Position numbers and translations under genes: made by a program. Source: Eledone cirrhosa (taxonomy: Eukaryota). From it: 64,000 nt of DNA. Every line of letters starts with the position of its first letter. Within the stretch, counting starts at the first letter, position 1. A model generated the notes under the pieces. That model made no database searches. It was not told the DNA's origin and saw only the letters and a list, made by a program, of their open reading frames with translations. The stretch covers positions 177,134,001-177,198,000 of the forward strand of contig OZ024741.1 in NCBI GenBank assembly GCA_964016885.1, given 5' to 3'. Below are positions 54,101-64,000 of the stretch, in pieces.

Positions 54101-57100
54101 CTATGAAGCCTATCTAAGTCAAACACACAGATCACGAATGTGTGGTCCGTGTAGCTGACTATCTTGAATTGTGGACAGCCTATGCTAGACCTATCTTTTT
54201 CCCTACAAAATACTCTATCTAGATATGATCTGGATGACCCCATTGCGATTTGTCCGAGTCCGCATTGGCACATTCGGGAAATCCAATCGGTACCTGTCAG
54301 ACAGTTCAAAACGCCTGAGCAGGTTGGTGAGGCTCTTGCACCCTCCACCCCTATCCGCTAATCCCACACGGTCCCAGCGTGCATCTAAGATCCCGTTCCA
54401 ATCGCCCACTAACACTAAAGAGCGGGACATTCCAAGAAAGGTCTCCAGACGCAGAAGAAATCAGGCCGCCCTGCTCCTGTCGGGGCATAGACGGCCACTA
54501 GCCTGAAAGCTTGCCCGTCTCCGCTGGTCACGTCCAGCATCACCAGCTTACGCTCTGGGTCCAGGAAGAGGGCCCGTATGGCGAGATCCAAACCTCTCCG
54601 AAAAAGCACAGCAACTCCTCTCCCCGATCCGGGACGGCTGGGAGATGCGTACACATCGTAGCCGCCGAAGATCGGTGCGAAGGCCCGTGCTTCGGAGATT
54701 CTGGTCTCGATGATGGCCACTACATCTATGTTTAGTGACCTGAGGTCTTTGAGCAGGTGACCCTGCTTCCATGACGACCCCAAGCCACGCGCATTTATGC
54801 TGCCTATTCTGAGTGAGGTTATGTTTAAAATAGAGTGGACAGATGGGAAAGACCACTTACCGTACTTTTCGTAGAGGAGGGATGGTTTTTACATCCCTTT
54901 TCACTTGATCGTCTGGTGAAGGGACCGTTGAATCGTCCCTTCGGCTGGTCGTCGGCTCTTCTATGAGTATGTCCGAATATACTCTTCGATTGATAGTTCC
55001 TCCTAGGACCCTGAAATCACCAACTGCGTCGGGAATTTCGTTTTAATGGTTGTGTATTGTTTCTGTGCTATTTTTAGCAGTCTTATGTTAGTTGGCGTTT
55101 TGATTGGTGCTGGTATTATGTAGTCGTGTTGTGAAATGTCTGTGTGTTCAATTATGTAAGTCATTAGTTTCTTGTTGTGTGTATTTATTGCAGTGCATTT
55201 GTTTTTCTGGGGCTGGGGTGTGGTTCTGCTATATTCTTGTCGTTGTTGCTGGGTGTGTGTGTTTTGTTGTTGTGTTTGCGATGTTGGTGCTTGTGGTGGT
55301 GGTGTTGAAGCTGTTGTTGGCGGTGGGGCTTTCGCCAGTGGTGATGGTGGTGCTAGTGTGGGTGGTGATGGTGTTGGTGGTGTTGCTGCTGTGAGTCTCT
55401 TTGCTGTAGACTTTACCCTTTTCTCATTTCTTTTCAAAGGCGACGATGCGCTGCTTCTGCGTTTGTGCCTTCTTACGACATTTTGCCTTCCCTCTCCCAC
55501 CTCACACACCCTGTCTGATTCTGTGAGGTCGGGGAGGGGTACCAGCTCCACTCTTTCACTTGTTGTTGTTGGTGATGTTTGCACTGGAGTCTCTGTTGCA
55601 GCTGCATTTGGTATTGCTGTTGTTGTTGTTAATATTTCCACTGCTGCTGCTGTTTTTGATTTCCGTGGCGTGGGTATGGGTGCCACGGACCTATCGTTCC
55701 TGGTTGCCGCTTGTACTGTTGCTGGTAGCCGTGGAGCCGGTTTCCGAAGGAGGGGGGTTTTCTCCTTTCTCAGGGTCTTCTCGTTGCAGAAGGCCCTGAG
55801 GTGAGTCTTCGATCCACAGCGAAAGCATTTCGGGCGTTTGCACTCAACAATTATGGGCAGTTGAGTGCCGTTATCGAAGTCTATCACATCCGGGATAGCT
55901 TCGATGCACTCCTGGTTGGTTTGGATTAACATCTCAATGGAGGTGCCGACCCAATCTTCTCTTACTTTTTTCTGTACTTGCAGTACAGTTGTTTTGTCCT
56001 CGATTCCGACGAGGACAGACGCGACCAGCCAAGAAGGGGCCATCCCGGGGGGGGGGGGGGGGTCAGTTTGACCCTCACAATTTTTTGCCCGCAGTAGGAG
56101 GGCACCAACACCATTTCATCGCTTTTTAGGGTCACTACGGATTGAGCCTTTGCCTCCTGGGGCGTGGCAAAAAGTACGTCTACGGTGGCATATTTTTTGC
56201 CTCGGGTGATGTGCGTTTTCCGCTGCCACACAGACCCCAAGGCTTTTTGTATTTGAACCTCTGTGGCTCTTTCAACCCTACGGGATTTTGTACTTACTGT
56301 ACGGTACGTGACTGTACAGTGCTGTTGGGTTTCGAAAAATGTTTCCGCTGCCTTGCAGATTGCTCGGTGTCCACTTTTTGTCACCATCTTCTTCGCTTCC
56401 TCTAATTCCTCATTTGTTATGAGGATTGTTTCCAGGTTCTTCGCGATACCTGCAAACGAGATTGGTTTTTCTTTGCTGCTGTTGTTGTTGTTGTCGTCAG
56501 AGCTGCTGTTACTTTTGTTGTTGCTGCTGGTACTACGACTACTGCCTCCGCCGCTGTTGCTGTGGTTGTTGCTGGTGTTGCTGCTGCTAATGCTGTTGTT
56601 GTTTATGCTGCTGCTGCTGCTGCTGCTGTTGCGGCTGATACTGTTGTTTTCATTGTCACTGTTGCTGTTGTTATTACGGCTGCTACTGCTATTATTCCTG
56701 ACGTCAGACGAATGAAATGGGTTTTCGTATTTCCCGCACACCTGTTTCGTCGTTGTCGTCGTGGAGAAAACTTGCACGCTTTGCACGAGACTTTTCTTTT
56801 CTGTCTTCGCTTGCGAAAGAGAAGGGAGGGAGAGAGACACATTTAAAGAAGGGAGGGAGTGAGACAATCTTCTCTCTGCTGTAGTGACGATTGAGGAAGA
56901 AGAAGACAGAATGAGTGGGAGTGACCTATGAACATTCTTTTTCGTAGCCATGTTGTTTTTTTGGTTTAAAATAAATATTGGGTACAAAACCCCAATAAGC
57001 AGATATTTAACCCCGAAGGGCCAAATAACGGGCAGAAAGACCCCTCTCACGAGGAGGAGGGTGTTTTTGTCTACAAGTTGGTAAAAGTTTTAAACAATTT

Positions 57101-57167
57101 ACAATTGTTATAGTGTTCAAAATTTACAATACCTTACAGAGCCGAGCCTCCGTCAACCATAACATTC
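51160..57167 (-). mobile_element. Full-length Tx1/L1-clade retrotransposon, copy C (multiple indels)
   Basis: Colinear with copy B from 5' end to 3' end; ORF2 in many pieces; followed by (AAT)n(GAA)n to ~57201. Confidence 0.93.
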
Positions 57168-58007
57168 AATAATAATAATAATAATAATAAGAAGAAGAAG
57201 ATATCTAGTGTTTTCAGCTGAGTAATTTCTGTGATCCGTAATTCTTCAGATCTCTATTCAAAACAACACAAATTTGTTCCTCAAAACGCGCAACTAATCA
57301 TATATGAACACTTTTTTCACAAGAATCCTCAAATTAACTATTCATTCCCTTTATTTCTGTTAAACCCCTCAACACTTCTCGTCTTGTAACATGCTACTCA
57401 CTCAAATTCAATCTGTACTCTAAAATACTTGCTAAATTTTTTTAAGGCATACTGTTCCTCATGACTTCCTCGTCGCATTGTTGCTGTTATTATTAGAATA
57501 GACTTTGAAGCCACAAGTGTATCATCTATTCCTGTTCAAGATTTAGTCTATTGTCCAACATGTTAGTACTTTTGTTTTCAGATTGGAGGTCATAATTATT
57601 TAGTATTTCTAGCTTTTAGAAATTCCACGTGCATAATGACTCTTAAGATCATCTATATATCTGGTGAGGTTGTTTAATTTGAAATATTCCAGTGACTTCA
57701 GTAGATATATTTCTAACGTAAATAATATTAACAATTTCTCCTCGCATGCAAGCATCTACTAAGGATCATCGAAATGAAGTAGCTGCAGATTTATCCACTA
57801 CATTGTGTTTTTCTTACAGCTTTACTTAGAGAAAATTTGCAACGGAAGAGAGAGAAAAATAAAAACAACGAACTATAATAACAACTATTACGAACAGAAA
57901 CTCTACTGTTTGAACCCTTATTGATTCTACGCATACTATACATTGCAATAAATAAATGCACATTGCGTCCGACTATACGAATCATTATATTTCTCTCTCA
58001 CATAGAG

Positions 58008-58170
58008 TTACGCCCCTTTATGATCTGAGTTCAAATCCTGCTGAGGTTAAATTTGCCTTTCATCCTTATGGGGTCAATGACATAAAGTATCAGTCACGTA
58101 CTGGGGTTGATTTGAACGGCTATTCCCTCCCCGAAAATTGCTGCCCTTGTGCCTATGTAAGAAACCATTA
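58008..58170 (+). mobile_element. SINE fragment (B-box + Nin-like domain)
   Basis: GAGTTCAAATCCTGCTGAGGTTAAATTTGCCTTTCATCCTTATGGGGTC; homologous to 24556-24660. Confidence 0.75.
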
Positions 58171-58215
58171 TATTTCCCTCTCACTCTCTTTCTTATACTC
58201 TCTCTCTCTCTCTCT

Positions 58216-59408
<1,193 letters not shown>

Positions 59409-60036
59409 GAATATAAAATGAAAGTGCTTTTTTTAAAAAAAAGGAATTTATTAGGTATTGACATATGATTCTGTAACAGACGGAATACCTATGTATCGCT
59501 GCTTGCGTAATCATATAATGTTAGCAAGTATTCGATAGCAAATGTATAATCAGTTGTCACTTCTTCAGAGATTTTGGATAAATTGGAAACAATCAGAAAA
59601 ATTGAAGTATTTATATTAGTTGTAATAGAGGAAGAAGAGAGGGGATAGTATATGACAGATGGTAATTCAATTTATTGCTAAACAAGTATATAAAGGATTT
59701 CTAATGACAATACAATGAGTAAATGGTTTATTTTATCTAGATAAGAATTTTTGGGAGGGCCTATTTTAATCTATAATTGACCAATTGAACAATGGACAGG
59801 GCTGGTCATTTGGTGTAGTAGTATTAATTATAAAGTGTCATGTAAGGAAGGGGGAGATTTCGACTGCTACTGAATAACATCAATGCTAGTAGCCAGCTGG
59901 TATATGCATTAGGGAATTGAATTAAGAAATCTCATTTTATCTATAGCAGTTTATATTAAATGTTAAATAATAGAAGAGTTGATAGAATTAAGACTAATAG
60001 AGAATGTTAATATGTATAAGGTATTACTCTAGGTAT

Positions 60037-60067
<31 letters not shown>

Positions 60068-60164
60068 ATATATAGAGATATACATATATCGGCCTAGGAA
60101 ACAATGTTGGTCTTTCCAATTGCTAATATTACATTATCTATCGGTGGCAACTCCAAGTAGAAGG

Positions 60165-60262
60165 AACAACGGGAAATAAAGTGTCTTGCCCAAAGATATA
60201 ATGCATCACCCGGTCCCGGAATAGAATCCAATTCTCTAGTCACTCAGCCCTGCGCCTTCACA
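60165..60262 (-). mobile_element. Decayed tRNA/CORE-type SINE 5' part
   Basis: AAGTGTCTTGCCCAAAG...CCCGGAATAGAATCC is the reverse complement of a B-box plus core start. Confidence 0.55.
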
Positions 60263-60313
60263 CACATCCATACCCCCTCCCCAAGTATATATATATATAT
60301 ATAATTAATATTA

Positions 60314-60775
60314 ATACAATATATATACAGTTTTATAAATAATTTTGACGTATTATAAATATTGAGCAACCGTTATGTAAGAAGCTGGTTTGGTAGTGAG
60401 ATGTTTATATATATTTAGTGTTAAGCACAGTTAAAAAGAAAGACGGAGAAAAAGAAGAAATGTATGTAAAGATAAACAGAGAGAAATAGAGAGAGATAGG
60501 GGAGAGAGAAATAGTGAGCCACATAACGGTTGCTCAATATTTATGGTACGTCAAAATTATTTATAAAACTGTTTATATATTGTATTTTATCTGAAGAAGG
60601 CATGCCATATGTTTAATATGGTATCCCCGAAATATGTATAATGAAATAAATATGGTTTTATAAATATAGTTTCCATTTGTTTAATATCGTATATCTACTC
60701 AAAAACTTGTCGAGTGCTTTATATCAGTTATAAAATATTTACTTGTTGTAACCCAACAATTTTAAATAAAACTTT

Positions 60776-60780
<5 letters not shown>
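60314..60780 (+). mobile_element. Family F copy 5 with 5' inversion (60314-60378 / 60522-60588) and hammerhead motif at 60587-60644
   Basis: TTAT-CTGAAGA-AGG-CATGCCATAT..ATATGGTAT-CCCC-GAAA-TATGTATA-ATGA. Confidence 0.78.
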
Positions 60781-60848
<68 letters not shown>

Positions 60849-61403
60849 TATATACATATGTATGATTTATATATATATATATATGCATGTATCTCTATAC
60901 ATGAATAATGACAAATTATGAATTACATAATGTTGTTTTATCGTGACGTTTCAATTTTCATCGTCCAATTGTGTTGAACATTTACAACACCATACATTCG
61001 TCTTATTTTAGATGTGCGTTCTTTGCGAGATAAATGACTGTTGTGCTTAACCGAAAGCGCTATGCATGTATGAGTGCTGTACAGAAGAATCAACGAAGGA
61101 TGATTTGTAAGATTATTACACCAGCTAGAAATATCAGACGATTCAATTCTATGATTCAGCCTGTTATAGGATATATAACTAGCATCCATCGGTTACGACG
61201 ACGTGTGTTCCAGTTTATACGATCAACGGTACATCGTGCTCTTGAAATTAACGTGAATGTGGTTGATCATTCCAAATACAGCTGCATTCTTATCGTAGTT
61301 CTCAGTGAGATCTAGCCCGACACAACGTAAAAATGCTGACATTTTGAATTAAAGGTACAACACATGTTGCCACCTGAGTGGCCTGTAGTAAGCGAAATAA
61401 ATT

Positions 61404-61465
61404 GCCGGGAATCGAACTCACGAGTTTACGATCGTGAGCTTAATACCCTGCCTGCTAAGCCACGT
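61404..61465 (-). mobile_element. tRNA-derived SINE head
   Basis: Minus strand TGGCTTAGCAGG (A-box like) ... GAGTTCGATTCCCGG (B-box); no acceptor stem or full cloverleaf. Confidence 0.65.
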
Positions 61466-62639
61466 ACATTCCTATCATATAACATAAAGAAGTTTAAATT
61501 GTCAAATCTATCAGCACATTTACAATTATATGACATGACAGAGACTAAAATGTGTTTTAGCAGATATCTTCCCGGTCATGTCTAAACTGAATATTCACAA
61601 ATTTACTAACATCACTACCAACAACAACGTAACAGCGACATTTACAATAAAATGTAATGTATGCGGAACATTTTACCTTACAATTAACTCTCATTCTGAA
61701 ACACCGCTCATACGTCATCATTACTCTGCTATATCTGGCACAAAACCTAATTTACTTCTATTTATTTTATTACTTTTCTTTATACATTTTTAATAAGCTA
61801 AAGGTTTGCTCATAGCCCCGGGTCAACTGAGATATTTCTAGTATTATATAGCTGTTGGACAAACTGTCATCCAGATTGTTTATCAAAAATAATTTTTAAC
61901 ATTTTTGTTTCTGAAATGAGATATCTCCTGAAACGATATGTAGTAAAATAATAATAAATCGCAAACCATGAAAAAGTATACAAATCACCTTCAGTAAATT
62001 AGAAAATAAAATAGTGCATAAAAAAATGGCGTTGCGGGATTTTGATACAAGCAATGTCAGAATAGCTAAATTGCTGGAAAACTGCGTTATGGAGGATGCG
62101 TTCTAAATCCTCTGCAAATGTATAAACTGACAGTGAATTTGATATTACAGCTCAGGAGAATTGAAGGATTTTGCTACATTTCCTAAAACATCAATTCTCT
62201 AGGTATCGTTAAGGAACATTAATGAAATAATGAAACTGAATATCATTCTAAATGAAATATATTATTTGATGTGATCATCGTTCTTGCGGAATTAGAATAA
62301 TCAGAATTTTCGGTTGAATAGACAGTTGTTTACTTGATATAACATTTTATTTAAAAAATGAAATATATCTTTTATTCCCAAATATCATTTTCAATTTTAT
62401 AAAATATTTCATATATATTACCATCCAATTTCATCTTTACTTTCGAGATTATAGATTTAAAATTTCACATAAAAATAGCTGGACGGTTATTTGATTATAT
62501 TTTCCCGAGATCAGAGTTTAAAAGGAAAACCATTATATTTGAAAACGTTATCACCATATCAATATTCAGGTTTCCATGCCTTATGGAAGATAGTAAATCT
62601 TTAAACCTGTTATGTCATTTTCTCCCACGAGGACGTGTA

Positions 62640-63260
62640 TTCTTAAATATGCTCTGTCTTGCTATTCAGATTCTTTTTACCGAAGACAGTGAATGTGCTC
62701 ATCTTGTTCCCCTGAATATTTTTTCATATGAAATGTTCATATCAGAGTAATCTTCTCTCTGCCATTGTTTGCTGAGCTTTTGCGCCTTCGCTGCCTTGCT
62801 TTTCATCCAAACAATACAGTCTTCTTCTCTTACCTTCATCCTCTACAAATTTATCTTTGAATAACCATATTGCAATATACATCTCTAATACATATCTCTG
62901 ACACACATGATGGCTTTTTCACATAGAGAAAAGCTCAGATTCCAACAGAGGCAACACTACCCTTAACGTATTACATGTCTTTATGTTTATAGTTACGACA
63001 TTTATTGAGAGCCCTCTATTTAGCTTGCAGACTAGATGAGTTTTCTGTTAAATATTCCTATGCAATTACGTTTCCATTTCACACTAATAGAACATCCAAA
63101 CACGTTATTCGTAATTAAATGTTTTGCAAACGAGCAGCTTGGTAATGTTCTCTTTAGTCGTCAATTATTTTATCTCTGTATCTGGCTTGCAGATGAAAAA
63201 ATACATTTAACAATTCCTGGGAAATCTTCATACAAAGGGAAATATTATCAACACAGAATA
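62640..63260 (-). pseudogene. Possible ancient R4-clade remnant
   Basis: KAQKLSKQWQ..LNSKTE resembles QKLAKKWQEK..LKSETE of the R4 ORF; heavily decayed. Confidence 0.3.
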
Positions 63261-64000
63261 TTCTAAGAATAATCATTCCCAAAACACTATGTTACAGTAT
63301 CAACAAAGACAGCACTTATGTACATATGCAAAATATCATTGACTCGCCTTTAGCTTTAGTCATCTTAACATTAATACCCGATATGCAAATGACACATTTA
63401 TATTATTTTCAGTTATATCTAAATTGATTTATCAGTAATCATCAAAAAGTAGTTATTGTTTTTAATCGTTATACCGATAATAATGCCAAACATTACGTAT
63501 TTATATATTCAAAGTTTGGAAGTTTCAAAGAATTGATATACAAACCATCACTTACCAATATTGCTCTAAGTCTCAATAAAATATGTTTATCAAAATTAAT
63601 TATGATCTTACAAACTATATTCGTTTGCACTAACATCAGATTACATCTGAAATATATCTTCTGCACCTCAACTTTCTTCATTTTGAATTTCCAGCCAATG
63701 AATTACTGAGGGAAAAATGTTAAACAAGAAAGTTATATCATCATTATTGCTAGTATTTATATTAGGTCAGGTTATACCTACTAAGCTCATTCATAAATAA
63801 TCATGAAACTTTTTCATAAATAATCATGAAGATTCTTTTCAATGGTATTAATTTATATGAACCCAGTGACGAAACATCTACAATTTCATACTATCTGATT
63901 ACAGTCGTAGCCAAAGCTCACTAAACCAGGTCATGAATTTGTTTCCAGAGGTCATGTCTATATATAAAGGCAACATATGGAATAGCAATAAAGGGTAGCT

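Noticed and set aside
56047-56062. G16 run breaking ORF1 of copy C
   Set aside because: Replaces GGGGGGGACGTGGG of copy B; likely slippage or a sequencing/consensus error, not a recoding signal.
30001-57201. Target-site duplications or CRISPR-like repeat-spacer organisation
   Set aside because: TSDs cannot be resolved inside pure (AAT)n; the repeats are microsatellites and the 'spacers' are multi-kb retrotransposons in a eukaryotic context.
61404-61465. tRNA-like sequence
   Set aside because: Only A/B boxes, no acceptor stem; treated as a SINE head.

Overview
AT-rich, microsatellite-dense metazoan DNA with no recognisable host gene. The SINE types and repeat style resemble Octopus/cephalopod genomes (inference). 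It holds two retroelement landscapes. (1) A ~27 kb nest (30001-57201) of non-LTR retrotransposons, each bounded by (AAT)n tracts. It contains three full-length ~6 kb Tx1/L1-clade elements on the minus strand, one with an intact 1139-aa APE-RT ORF2, interleaved with three 5'-truncated R4/Dong-clade RT-RLE elements on the plus strand. (2) The flanks (1-30000 and 57200-64000) carry many Penelope-like element (PLE) derivatives, mostly next to (TA)n. They include a Neptune-like RT/GIY-YIG pseudogene, a 3.6 kb palindrome of a Naiad-like GIY-YIG 3' end, and non-coding fold-back or terminally redundant 470-660 nt units. Together these carry more than a dozen type I minimal hammerhead-ribozyme motifs, some with greatly extended stem II. 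Decayed RTE, CRE and R4 fragments and tRNA-derived SINEs are also present. All calls were made by eye; no database search or folding program was run.
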